A stretch of DNA of 64,000 nucleotides from an uncultured Treponema sp. (GCA_964482455.1 CAYZXM010000002.1:4544-68543), one strand, 5' to 3'; counted from the stretch's first letter, positions 45,579 through 55,109 are shown. A program made the numbers and translations. The notes: generated by a model from the letters alone, not told the origin.

Positions 45579-48095
45579 ATGTTAGAACAGATAAAAACAG
45601 CGGAAGGTGGAACTTTAATAAAAATTCCAATTGAAGAAGAAGTAAAAAAAGCATACATCGATTATTCAATGTCGGTAATTGTGCAGAGAGCTTTGCCAGA
45701 TGTTCGGGATGGTTTAAAACCTGTTCATCGAAGAATTATGTACGCTATGGATACTCTTCATCTTGAGGCTGGCGGAAAAACAAAAAAATGTGCCACAATT
45801 GTTGGTGAAGTTTTAGGTCATTATCATCCTCATGGAGATGCTTCTGTTTATGATGCACTTGTTCGTCTTGGACAGAATTTTGCTCAGCGTTATACAACTG
45901 TAACTCCTCAGGGAAACTTTGGATCAATTGGTGGAGATCCTCCAGCGGCATATCGTTACACAGAAGCAAAAATGTCAAAGATTACGGAAGAAATGGTTGC
46001 CGACATTTCTAAAAATACCGTTGATATGGTTCCAAACTTTGACGATACAACAAAAGAGCCAGCTGTTCTTCCTGCAGCTTTTCCTTTTTTGCTTTGTAAC
46101 GGTTCAACAGGAATTGCAGTTGGTATGGCAACAAATATGCCAACCCATAATCTACGTGAAGTGGCAGCTGCAATTTGTGCATATATTGACAATTCTGAAA
46201 TTTCAATTGATGACTTAATGAAATACATAAAAGGTCCTGATTTTCCGACAGGTGGAATTATTTATGGACGAGATGGTATTAAAAAAGCTTATAGAACTGG
46301 TCGTGGAAAAATAACTATTCGTTCAAAGTTTACAATTGAAACAGATAAAAAAGGTCGTGAAAAAATTGTATTTACAGAAGTTCCTTATGGCGTAAATACA
46401 ACAACAATTATAAAAAAAATAAATGAGCTTAAAGAAAATAAAGTAATTGACGGCATTGTAGATGCAAATGATGAATCTTCTGACAGAAAAGGTATGCGTC
46501 TTGTAGTTGAACTTAAAAAAGGTGCAGTTACAAAACTTGTTTTAAATCAGCTTTTTGCAAAAACAGATTTGCAGTCAAATTTTGGGGTGATAAATCTTGC
46601 TCTTGTTCCTAAGGAAAAAGAAGGGGTTTCACCTCGTTATGATGAACCGGGATATTTAACCCTTCCTGCAGTTTATTTAAAGCCAGAAGTTCTTAATTTA
46701 AAACAGCTTATTGGTCATTATGTTTCTCATCGTGATGAAGTAATTACACGTCGTACAATTTATGATTTAAAAGTTGCAAATCATCGAATGCATATTTTGG
46801 AAGCATTGATAACGGCAATTAATAATATTGATGAAGTAATAAAAATCATTCGTGGAAGTGAAACAACAGAAATTGCAAAACTTTCTCTTGAAAAACGTTT
46901 CAATTTTGATGATGATCAGGCTCAGGCAATTGTTGATATGCAACTTAAACGCCTTACTCATTTACAGATTGAAGATTTGCAGAAAGAAATAAGGGAACTT
47001 CAGGCTTGGATAGATTATTTGCAGGATTTATTGAAACATCATGAAAAGATTTTAAATCTTATAAAAGAAGATGTTAATAAACTTGCAGAAAAATACGGAG
47101 ATGACCGCAAAACTGATATTGTTGCAGACGAAGTTGAACAGATTAATGTGGAAGATATGATTAAAGAAGAAGACATGGTAATCATGATTTCTAAACTTGG
47201 TTATATGAAACGAGTTTCAGTTACTCAATATAAAAAGCAGAATAGGGGAGGAACAGGAAGTAATAGTGCATCCTTAATAGAAGATGATTATATAAATCAG
47301 CTTTTTATTGGTTCAACTCATGATTACATTTTATTTGTTACTAATGCAGGAAAAGCATATTGGATAAAAGTTCACGAAATTCCTGAATCGTCAAAGAATG
47401 CACGTGGAACAAACATAAAAAGTTTAATTGCAATTGGTGCAGATGAAGAAATTACAACGGTAGTAACATTAAAAGAATTTAGAGAAGATCAATTCTTATT
47501 TATGACTACATCAAATGGAACTGTAAAAAAAGTTCAGACTTCAGAATTTGCAAATGCAAAAACTCGTGGCATTATAGGACTAAAATTACGAGACGGAGAT
47601 AAACTTATAAGTGCAATTCCAACTGATGGAAAATCAGAAGTTCTTCTTGTAACAAGAAGAGGAAAAGCATTAAGGTTCAGTGAAACTGACGTTCGTTCTA
47701 TGGGAAGAGCATCGGGCGGAATTAAAGGAATGAAACTTTCCGAAGGTGATGAAATTTCTGGTGCAATAAAAATAGAAGAAAATGATAGTATTCTTCTTCT
47801 TACAGAAAAAGGTTATGGAAAGCGAGTAAAATTTGAAAACTTTAATCCTCATGGACGAGGTACGGGTGGACAAAAAATATTTGGAAAAACAGAAGAAAGA
47901 GGTGAAATAGTAGGAATCTTGGCTGTTTCAGAGTATGATGAAATTGTTTGTATGACTGGACAGGGAAAAACATTACGTGTTAATGCTGGAACTATTACAC
48001 AACAAGGAAGTCAATCTACAGGTGTGAAGGTTGTAAATATTAGTGAACCAGATTTCCTTATAGGATTTGATAAAGTTTCTGCAGATAAAGAATAA
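45579..48095 (+). CDS. gyrA: DNA gyrase subunit A
   Basis: QRALPDVRDGLKPVHRR, HPHGDASVYDALVR (QRDR region), active-site AAYRYTEAK, and a C-terminal beta-pinwheel repeat region. Confidence 0.95.
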   Translation: MLEQIKTAEGGTLIKIPIEEEVKKAYIDYSMSVIVQRALPDVRDGLKPVHRRIMYAMDTLHLEAGGKTKKCATIVGEVLGHYHPHGDASVYDALVRLGQNFAQRYTTVTPQGNFGSIGGDPPAAYRYTEAKMSKITEEMVADISKNTVDMVPNFDDTTKEPAVLPAAFPFLLCNGSTGIAVGMATNMPTHNLREVAAAICAYIDNSEISIDDLMKYIKGPDFPTGGIIYGRDGIKKAYRTGRGKITIRSKFTIETDKKGREKIVFTEVPYGVNTTTIIKKINELKENKVIDGIVDANDESSDRKGMRLVVELKKGAVTKLVLNQLFAKTDLQSNFGVINLALVPKEKEGVSPRYDEPGYLTLPAVYLKPEVLNLKQLIGHYVSHRDEVITRRTIYDLKVANHRMHILEALITAINNIDEVIKIIRGSETTEIAKLSLEKRFNFDDDQAQAIVDMQLKRLTHLQIEDLQKEIRELQAWIDYLQDLLKHHEKILNLIKEDVNKLAEKYGDDRKTDIVADEVEQINVEDMIKEEDMVIMISKLGYMKRVSVTQYKKQNRGGTGSNSASLIEDDYINQLFIGSTHDYILFVTNAGKAYWIKVHEIPESSKNARGTNIKSLIAIGADEEITTVVTLKEFREDQFLFMTTSNGTVKKVQTSEFANAKTRGIIGLKLRDGDKLISAIPTDGKSEVLLVTRRGKALRFSETDVRSMGRASGGIKGMKLSEGDEISGAIKIEENDSILLLTEKGYGKRVKFENFNPHGRGTGGQKIFGKTEERGEIVGILAVSEYDEIVCMTGQGKTLRVNAGTITQQGSQSTGVKVVNISEPDFLIGFDKVSADKE

Positions 48096-48166
48096 CTTTA
48101 TATAATACAAAGAATTGCTTTTTATAATATAAGATATTTAATTTATAAATAAATATTTAAAAAGTG

Positions 48167-48195
48167 ATGACAAAAAAATATTTATGTTCTATAAT
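48167..48195 (+). promoter_or_regulatory. Candidate promoter ATGACA-N17-TATAAT downstream of gyrA
   Basis: ATGACA at 48167-48172, a 17-nt spacer, and a perfect TATAAT at 48190-48195. A strong terminator lies ~55-90 nt downstream and there is no credible ORF between them. Confidence 0.35.
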
Positions 48196-48248
48196 ATTAA
48201 GTAGTTGTGTTAATTAAGTAGAGGGGAATTTTTTTTAACATCAGGCAT

Positions 48249-48284
48249 GGAAGACCAGCAAAAAACTGGTCTTCCTTTTTTTTT
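48249..48284 (+). terminator. Rho-independent terminator (10-bp GC-containing stem + T9)
   Basis: GGAAGACCAG-caaaaaa-CTGGTCTTCC followed by TTTTTTTTT. Confidence 0.75.
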
Positions 48285-48290
48285 GTTTAT

Positions 48291-48322
48291 TTATCCACTT
48301 AATATCCACTTTTTGTGGATAA
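48291..48322. other. Cluster of three DnaA boxes (oriC candidate 2, continues into AT-rich 48323-48700)
   Basis: TTATCCACT (48291-48299), ATATCCACT (48302-48310), and TGTGGATAA (48314-48322), the last being a perfect TTATCCACA on the other strand. Confidence 0.55.
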
Positions 48323-48347
48323 CTTGTGATTAACTGATTGTATAATT

Positions 48348-48361
48348 GTTTCACGTGAAAC
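48348..48361. repeat. Perfect 14-bp palindrome GTTTCACGTGAAAC
   Basis: Read directly; it lies 26 bp from the DnaA-box cluster. Confidence 0.9.
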
Positions 48362-48407
48362 TCATTTTGATATGATTGTTATTATTATAAAAATAACATA
48401 TTTGTTG

Positions 48408-48449
48408 TTTTAATTAACAATCTTATAATTTTAAGATTGTTAATTAAAA
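48408..48449. repeat. 18-bp-arm perfect inverted repeat (TTTTAATTAACAATCTTA-taattt-TAAGATTGTTAATTAAAA)
   Basis: Read directly. The core 16-bp arms are 48410-48425 and 48432-48447, and the pairing extends 2 bp outward on each side. Confidence 0.9.
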
Positions 48450-48658
48450 ATTACTTTTAAAGAAATAACTACTTTTCAATAAAATAACGAACGTAAGTCT
48501 TAAAAATAATAAACTTTTAGTTGTAAATAAGTATATTTATAGTAATTTATAACTAAAAAAATAGATTTATATTTTTAATCCTAATTGAATAAGAAAGTTT
48601 ATCTGTGTAAATGATTATATAAAAAATATTGACGAATTATCTTTAAGATGTTGTTTTA

Positions 48659-48667
48659 TGTTATAAT
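48659..48667 (+). promoter_or_regulatory. Candidate extended -10 promoter (TGTTATAAT) for trkA-trkH
   Basis: TGTTATAAT ends 38 nt upstream of ATG 48706, and an AAGAGG RBS is present at 48694-48699. Confidence 0.4.
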
Positions 48668-48705
48668 ATATTCATTCATTAGGTTTTATTAAATAAGAGG
48701 TTCTT

Positions 48706-50151
48706 ATGAATGTTTTTATAATTGGGGCTGGTTTTACAGGAGTCCAGCTTGCAAAAATTCTTTCAAATGAAAGAAATAATGTAACTTTAATTGACAATAA
48801 CGAAGAAATTACCAGACATCTTGTAGATCAAATAGACTGTACAATTCTTACAAAAGATGGAAATAATCTTGAAAATCTTGAATCTGTTGGAATTTCAAAA
48901 GCAGATGTTCTTATTTGTCTTACGGAAAGTGATGAAGTGAATATGATAACATGCTCTCTTGTTGATTCTGTTTATCCTAAGATATTAAAAATTGCTAGAG
49001 TCCGAAATTACGCGTATTATTTAAATTCTGCTAGTGCAAAAAAAACTCATGCAGAAACATTTAGTGGAAATCATCGTCCACTATATGGAATTGATTTTAT
49101 GATCCATCCAGATGTAGAAGCGGCAGAAGCAATTGTGCAGGCTGTAGAAAATGGGGCAGTTAGTAACATAATTGCATTTGAAAATTCTGAAATGCAAATC
49201 AGTCGCATAAAAATAACAGAAAAAAGCATTCTTTGCAGACATAAACTGATGGAGTTAAAATCTTTAACAGATATTAATATGCTTGTGTCTTATGTTGAAT
49301 CTAATGGGGAAACAAAACTTGCTGGAGGAAACACTCTGATAAATAAGGGTGACACTTTAGGAATTCTTTCTAAAAAACAAGATGTTCCAAAAATTATTGA
49401 ACTTTTAGGTTCAAGGCAACAAGAATTTAAAAAGATTGCTATTGTTGGAGCGGGAAGAATCGGTTCTTTAATTACAGAAAAACTTATACAACCAAAAAAA
49501 CTTTCAATTCTAAAAAGGCTTTCTGAAAAGAAAACTATACCACAAGTTCAAATTGCAATTATTGATTCAGATTATTCACTTGCAAAAGCCGCATCTGAAA
49601 AGTTTGGAAAGAATGTTCATATTTTTAATGCAGATGCAACTGATATAAATTTTTTAAAAGAAGAAAAAATAACTGATTTTGATCTTGTAATATGTACAAC
49701 GCATAACCATGAAATGAACATGATTGTGGCAGCATATCTTGAATCGTTAGGCGTAAAGCAGTCTATTTCACTTGTAAAAGATTCTGCCTTTTCTTCAATT
49801 GCGGAAAAACTAGGAATAGATGTTTCCGTTGCTCTTCGTGATGTTATAGTTGATTCTATAATGAGTCACATGCGAGGAACTTCTGTAAAAGAAATACACA
49901 CTATTTCTAATAGTGATTTTGAGATAATAGAATGCATTGTTCCGAAATCGTCAAAAATAATCGGAAAATCAATGAAAGAAATTGCAAAACCAGGAAGATT
50001 TTTTGTGCTTTTAGACAGACCTTTGCAAAAAGATGATTTTGAAATTGTTACCGGTGATACAATTTTTAATTCAGATGATCATCTTGTTCTTATTGCTCGT
50101 TCAGAAGAAGTAACATCTGTTTTACAAATATTTGAAAGTTCAGAAGGTTAA
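48706..50151 (+). CDS. trkA: Trk potassium uptake system NAD-binding protein TrkA (tandem RCK)
   Basis: Two Rossmann starts (IIGAGFTG and IVGAGRIGS), each followed by a TrkA_C-like segment. Confidence 0.9.
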   Translation: MNVFIIGAGFTGVQLAKILSNERNNVTLIDNNEEITRHLVDQIDCTILTKDGNNLENLESVGISKADVLICLTESDEVNMITCSLVDSVYPKILKIARVRNYAYYLNSASAKKTHAETFSGNHRPLYGIDFMIHPDVEAAEAIVQAVENGAVSNIIAFENSEMQISRIKITEKSILCRHKLMELKSLTDINMLVSYVESNGETKLAGGNTLINKGDTLGILSKKQDVPKIIELLGSRQQEFKKIAIVGAGRIGSLITEKLIQPKKLSILKRLSEKKTIPQVQIAIIDSDYSLAKAASEKFGKNVHIFNADATDINFLKEEKITDFDLVICTTHNHEMNMIVAAYLESLGVKQSISLVKDSAFSSIAEKLGIDVSVALRDVIVDSIMSHMRGTSVKEIHTISNSDFEIIECIVPKSSKIIGKSMKEIAKPGRFFVLLDRPLQKDDFEIVTGDTIFNSDDHLVLIARSEEVTSVLQIFESSEG

Positions 50152-50154
50152 AAT

Positions 50155-51606
50155 ATGTTTATTATTGATTTAGTAAGAATTCTTTCTGTTTTGATAAGTT
50201 TGATAGGAACGGCAATGGTTATTCCTATTTTTACTGCAATATATTGTCATGAATTAAATATAATTTCTTCTTTTTTAATTCCAATGGTCTGTAGTTGGAT
50301 ATTATGTATTTTTGTAAATATTCCATTCAATATTAAAAAACAAAAAATAAATTTAAATATTCGGAAGACTTTTGTAGTTGTTGCGTGTTGCTGGATTTTT
50401 GCGAGCCTTTTTGGAATGATTCCTTTTTACATATCAGGAGTTATTCCAAACTTTACAAATGCATTTTTTGAAAGTGTAAGCGGTTTTTCTACAACAGGAT
50501 GTACAATTTTGCATGATATATCGAATGTTCCAAGAAGTATTAATATGTGGAGATGTCTTACTCATTGGTTAGGAGGAATGGGTATTGTAGGTCTTACAGT
50601 GGCTATTCTTCCTTTATTAGGAAGTGGAGGATTTCAACTTATAAAAGCGGAATTAACAGGTCCTGAAAAAGAGAAGGTTGCTGCAAAAATTACAACAACG
50701 GCAAAAATTCTTTGGATTTTTTATGTATCTTTTACAGTAATACAAGCAGTTCTTTTAAAAATTTTTGGAATGGATTTTGTAGATTCTTTTGCCCATGCTT
50801 TTTCAACATTAGGAACAGGAGGATTTTCGACAGTTCAAAACAGCATAGGAGAATATAATTCTTTTGCAATCGAAATAATTTGCACAATATTTATGGTTAT
50901 TTCGGGAATTAATTTTAGTCTTTTTTATTTTGCATTTAGAAAAAAATGGAATGAAATCTTTAAGAATTCAGAACTAAAAATATATTTAGCAATTATAATT
51001 TTAATTTCAATAATGCTTTCAATATGCTTAACAAAAGTATACGGTTCGTTTTGGCGGGCAGCAAGGTATTCAGTTTTTCAGACAGTTTCTGTAATTACTA
51101 CAACAGGTTTTTTTACCGCAGATTTTTGTGTATGGCCAGAAACAGCAAAATTTTTTATATTTGTACTTTTTTTTATAGGAGGATGTTCTGGCTCAACTGC
51201 GGGGGGAGTAAAAGTCGTTCGTTGGATAATACTTTTAAAACAAGCTGGTAATGAAATACGAAAAATAATTCATCCCCGTGGAGTTTTTTCTTTAAGATTA
51301 AATGATGAGATAGCCAGGAAAGAATTAGTTTTTTCTTCATCAACATTTTTTATTTTGTATTTATTTCTTGTTCTTATTACGACTTTTGTAGGTTGTTTAG
51401 GTTCTTTGGATATATTTACTGCTTTTTCTGCTGGAGTTTCTATGGTCGGAAATATTGGTCCTGCATTTGGATCCCTTTGTCCAAGTGCAAATTTTGATTT
51501 TTTACCCATTTTTGTAAAATGGTGGTACTGTTTTGCAATGTTAGCCGGACGACTTGAATTATATACAATGATTATTTTTTTTATGCCTGCATATTGGAAA
51601 AACTAA
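50155..51606 (+). CDS. trkH: Trk potassium uptake permease TrkH
   Basis: Polytopic 483-aa protein with pore-loop-like SGFSTTG and GGCSGSTAGGVK blocks. It starts 3 nt after trkA. Confidence 0.9.
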   Translation: MFIIDLVRILSVLISLIGTAMVIPIFTAIYCHELNIISSFLIPMVCSWILCIFVNIPFNIKKQKINLNIRKTFVVVACCWIFASLFGMIPFYISGVIPNFTNAFFESVSGFSTTGCTILHDISNVPRSINMWRCLTHWLGGMGIVGLTVAILPLLGSGGFQLIKAELTGPEKEKVAAKITTTAKILWIFYVSFTVIQAVLLKIFGMDFVDSFAHAFSTLGTGGFSTVQNSIGEYNSFAIEIICTIFMVISGINFSLFYFAFRKKWNEIFKNSELKIYLAIIILISIMLSICLTKVYGSFWRAARYSVFQTVSVITTTGFFTADFCVWPETAKFFIFVLFFIGGCSGSTAGGVKVVRWIILLKQAGNEIRKIIHPRGVFSLRLNDEIARKELVFSSSTFFILYLFLVLITTFVGCLGSLDIFTAFSAGVSMVGNIGPAFGSLCPSANFDFLPIFVKWWYCFAMLAGRLELYTMIIFFMPAYWKN

Positions 51607-51631
51607 CGGATTTTAATTACGACCGTAATAG

Positions 51632-51682
51632 AGACATACTTACTGTCGTAAGAGAGGTTCTCATACGGCAGTAAGTGTGTCT
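51632..51682 (+). terminator. 19-bp-stem hairpin between convergent trkH and pyrK-pyrD (terminator-like, no T-tract)
   Basis: AGACATACTTACTGTCGTA-(13 nt)-TACGGCAGTAAGTGTGTCT. The two non-Watson-Crick positions are G-U pairs only in the plus-strand RNA. Confidence 0.4.
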
Positions 51683-51702
51683 GTGGATAATGAAAATTAT
51701 AA

Positions 51703-53646
51703 TTAATTTATATTTGAACCAGTAATGTTTGGAATTATAGGTTTATCCGATAAAATCATATTTTTTAATTCCGCATATTTTGTTTTTTCATCACCAGAGC
51801 CAAGTTCATTTTGATGATTTTTTACTTGTGCAATTCCACACATCTGCGAAAGATTTTTATAACCATGAGATTTCATAAATGCTTTTAAACCATTTACAAT
51901 ATCAAGAGCAACATTTGGATTTGTAAATTTTGCTTGCCCAATTTCAATTGCACAAGCACCAGCCATAATAAATTCAACAGCATCTTGCCATGTACAAATT
52001 CCTCCGATTCCAACAACAGGAACTCTTTGCAATGGAGGTAACTTATTAATTTCTTCTACAACATCGTAAACGATTCTTAAAGCAAGAGGTTTTAATCCAG
52101 GACCAGAATAACCTGCATGAACATTATTAAAAAATGGTTTCCCCTTTTCAATATCGATTGCAACTCCATGAATCATATTTATAAGACTGATTGCATCTGC
52201 ACCAGCTTTAATACATGCGATTGCAATAGGTCTGTTATCAGGAGCATTTGGTGAAAGTTTTACCATTAACGGTTTTTTAGTAACTGCACGAACAGAAGAA
52301 ACGCAATAATATGCAGTTTCTGCACTCATACCCCATGCAAGCCCTGCAGCTTTTACATTAGGACAAGAGATATTTAGCTCAATCATATCACATTCTGTTT
52401 TGTCTAAAAGTTTTGCACCCTGCACATAAGATTCAATATCGCTACCGGCAAGATTTGCAATTACGACAGGACCTAAACCTAACATACCTGGTAATAATTC
52501 TTTTATAAAAGTTGGAATGCCAGGATTTTGAAGACCGATGGAGTTCATATTTCCACCAGCAACTTCAAGACTTCGTTCACCCTTGTTTCCTGCTCTTGGT
52601 TCAAATGTACAACCTTTAGAAGCAATTCCTCCCCATGCTTTTACATCGCTTACACTACGGAAATTTTGACCGAATGCAAAAGTTCCTGCACTGGCGATTG
52701 TTGGATTTTTAAATTTTACCCCTGCAATTTCTACAGATAAATCAGGTTCTTCATCTTTTTCAAGAGGTTTTCGTCGCGGTTCGGGTTTTGGAAATGTTAA
52801 AATTTTTGAATCAAAAACCGGACCGTCTTTACAACATCTTTTTAATCCTTCTGTCGTTTCTATTGTACAACCAAGACAAGCACCAAGACCGCATAACATT
52901 CTGTGTTCCATAGAAATCCAGCATTTTATGCCAAGTTCTTCTGCAACCGTTTTTACATAATTTAACGCTGGAGCAGGTCCGCAGGCGTAGATTAATTTGT
53001 AACCCGCTTTTTGAATTGCTTCTTTTGAAAACCCTGCTGGTAACATTCCGTGAATACCAACACTTCCGTCATCGGTTGTAATTATAGTATTTTTTGCTTT
53101 TACATATTCAAGACCATAGGAACCAGATTTAAATGATGCATAAAAATCATATGATTCAGGTGGAAGTGATGAGGCTAAGTTTGCAGTAGGAGCAACTCCG
53201 ATTCCACCGCCAACAATTGCAATTTTTGGTGAATTATCAGTATTTTCTAAAATTATATTTTTTGCTTCTTCGGTAGGCCATGCGTTTCCAAGCGGACCAA
53301 TCAAACTTAAAGTTTCACCAATATTCATTGAACACAATTCTTGAGTTCCGCGACCTTTTTCAAGAATCATAAATTGAACTGTAACTTGTTTTTTTTCATC
53401 AGAAGTGATTTTTTCTTGTGCGTGATAAACACTTATCGGTCTGTTATATTGAGTTGATGTTTTTTTACTGCGAATAAGATAAAATTGCCCTGCTTTAGGC
53501 GTAACTTGCGTTTTTCGTTCTAAAAATATAGTTGTTTCCAAAAGGTATATGTTATTTTGACCTTTTACTTTTTCTAGTTTTTCTACTTTTGTTTCTCCAA
53601 AAAATAATAAACCTTTTCCATTTTCATCAATTTCGGCAAGATCCAT
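51703..53646 (-). CDS. pyrD: Fused dihydroorotate dehydrogenase: electron-transfer subunit (PyrK-like) + class 1B catalytic subunit (PyrD)
   Basis: N-terminal FAD/NAD module (RPISVY, IAIVGGGIGVAP) with 2Fe-2S cysteines CGLGACLGCT...CC. A Pro/Glu/Lys linker follows, then PyrD (IAGVKFKNPTIASAGTFAFG, active-site NISCPN). Confidence 0.85.
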   Translation of the reverse strand: MDLAEIDENGKGLLFFGETKVEKLEKVKGQNNIYLLETTIFLERKTQVTPKAGQFYLIRSKKTSTQYNRPISVYHAQEKITSDEKKQVTVQFMILEKGRGTQELCSMNIGETLSLIGPLGNAWPTEEAKNIILENTDNSPKIAIVGGGIGVAPTANLASSLPPESYDFYASFKSGSYGLEYVKAKNTIITTDDGSVGIHGMLPAGFSKEAIQKAGYKLIYACGPAPALNYVKTVAEELGIKCWISMEHRMLCGLGACLGCTIETTEGLKRCCKDGPVFDSKILTFPKPEPRRKPLEKDEEPDLSVEIAGVKFKNPTIASAGTFAFGQNFRSVSDVKAWGGIASKGCTFEPRAGNKGERSLEVAGGNMNSIGLQNPGIPTFIKELLPGMLGLGPVVIANLAGSDIESYVQGAKLLDKTECDMIELNISCPNVKAAGLAWGMSAETAYYCVSSVRAVTKKPLMVKLSPNAPDNRPIAIACIKAGADAISLINMIHGVAIDIEKGKPFFNNVHAGYSGPGLKPLALRIVYDVVEEINKLPPLQRVPVVGIGGICTWQDAVEFIMAGACAIEIGQAKFTNPNVALDIVNGLKAFMKSHGYKNLSQMCGIAQVKNHQNELGSGDEKTKYAELKNMILSDKPIIPNITGSNIN

Positions 53647-53789
53647 AACATCACCTTTTAAAGAATTAAAATGCGATTCAATTTTAAGATAAGAATAAAA
53701 CTGAACCGCATAAAATATAATATTAAACGAGATTTTTTTTTAGTTATTTTTGCAAAAAAAATTATCAATAAATTGAAAATAAAACAAAA

Positions 53790-55109
53790 TTAATTTTCTA
53801 GAATTGTAATTTCAACTCTACGGTTTTGTGCTTTTCCTTCTGGAGTTGAATTATCTGCAATCGGTTTATGAGAGCCACTTCCTTTTGTTATAAATCTAGA
53901 TGCTTGAATTCCTTTTTTAGAAAGAGCAAGTGCAATTGTTTTTGCTCGTTCTGCGGAAAGGTTCATTTCTCCTTTTTCGTTTCCCGTGCTTGCAGTATGA
54001 CCTTCTACTAAGAATTGAGATTCTGGCACAGATTTTAAAACCTGAGCAATTTGTTCAAGTCGTTTTTCTTCTCCAGGAAGAAGTTCAGAACTATCGGCTT
54101 TAAAACGTAAATTTTGAATTGTAAGTCTTATTCCGGCAGTTGTGTTTTCAACTTTTATGTCAGAATCATTTTGTTCAATTTTGGTTTTTGTTTTTTGTTC
54201 AGATTTCTGTTCTGTCTTTTTAGAAGATTCTGTTTCTTTTTTAGCAATGGCTTTAGATTCATTAATAGGTTTTTCAAGATTTTCAGCTTCTTTTTCTGAA
54301 ACAAGAGATGCTCTTTTTAATGATTCTATAACTTTTGAGCGGTCTACCGCTGGAGGATATTCTGTAAAAAGAGAAATCGTTCCCTTGTAAGTAACAGTAT
54401 TTCCATCATTATAAATAAAAGTTTCGTTTACTGCATCCCGCACAACTAAAGCATATCCTGTTTCTTTACTTACATACATTGTGGCGTTATGAGTTCCAGT
54501 TGCACTTTTTAAAGTTTTATCTCCGCCAAAATCAAAATAAGAAATTCCGTAACGAGTTGCCCATTTTGCACTGAATACAAAAACTTCTTCGCCATGAACG
54601 GTTTCGTCTGCTGTGTAGGTATAAAGTACATCCATTGGAATTTTTGTAAAAACGCCCTTATTTAACGGGTCAACTGTTCTTGTTGCTTTACTAGTCCAAC
54701 TGTCGCCTTTTTTTATTTTTTCTTTTGGAAAAGCAGGAAAACTTCTGAAAGTTGGATAACCATTATCTTGAATCATAATAAGATTCCCATCTGAAGTAAT
54801 TTTAAAAGTTGAAGCAATTGCTTCGTGTAAGCCTTCTTTTACTGAGACATTTTGATGAACAGTTCCTTCGTCAACGTAAAAATTTCCATCGTAAATATTT
54901 CCGTCATTTGCTATAAAAGAACGAACATTTCTGCTTACAAGACCAACATATTTATTGTTATCGTAACGTCTTAAATCTGTGCGTTCTACAAGATTGTAAT
55001 TTCTTCCGCCGTTGTAAGAAACTTGTACAGGATTTTCTGTTTGTGCAAATACAAAAGATAGAAAAAAACTTTGAGCAAAAAATAAAACTGATTTTAAATT
55101 TATCTTCAT
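53790..55109 (-). CDS. OmpA-family protein (signal peptide, unassigned N-terminal domain, Lys/Glu-rich linker, C-terminal OmpA peptidoglycan-binding domain)
   Basis: C-terminus FKADSSELLPGEEKRLEQIAQVL...VEGHTASTGNEKGEMNLSAERAKTIA...NRRVEITIL. Signal peptide MKINLKSVLFFAQSFFLSFVFAQ. Confidence 0.8.
   Translation of the reverse strand: MKINLKSVLFFAQSFFLSFVFAQTENPVQVSYNGGRNYNLVERTDLRRYDNNKYVGLVSRNVRSFIANDGNIYDGNFYVDEGTVHQNVSVKEGLHEAIASTFKITSDGNLIMIQDNGYPTFRSFPAFPKEKIKKGDSWTSKATRTVDPLNKGVFTKIPMDVLYTYTADETVHGEEVFVFSAKWATRYGISYFDFGGDKTLKSATGTHNATMYVSKETGYALVVRDAVNETFIYNDGNTVTYKGTISLFTEYPPAVDRSKVIESLKRASLVSEKEAENLEKPINESKAIAKKETESSKKTEQKSEQKTKTKIEQNDSDIKVENTTAGIRLTIQNLRFKADSSELLPGEEKRLEQIAQVLKSVPESQFLVEGHTASTGNEKGEMNLSAERAKTIALALSKKGIQASRFITKGSGSHKPIADNSTPEGKAQNRRVEITILEN

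Noticed and set aside
48247-48333. 28-aa ORF MEDQQKTGLPFFLFIYPLNIHFLWITCD in the gyrA-trkA spacer
   Set aside because: The nearest purine-rich RBS-like sequence is ~20 nt from the ATG, and the frame is formed by the terminator hairpin, its T-tract and the DnaA boxes.
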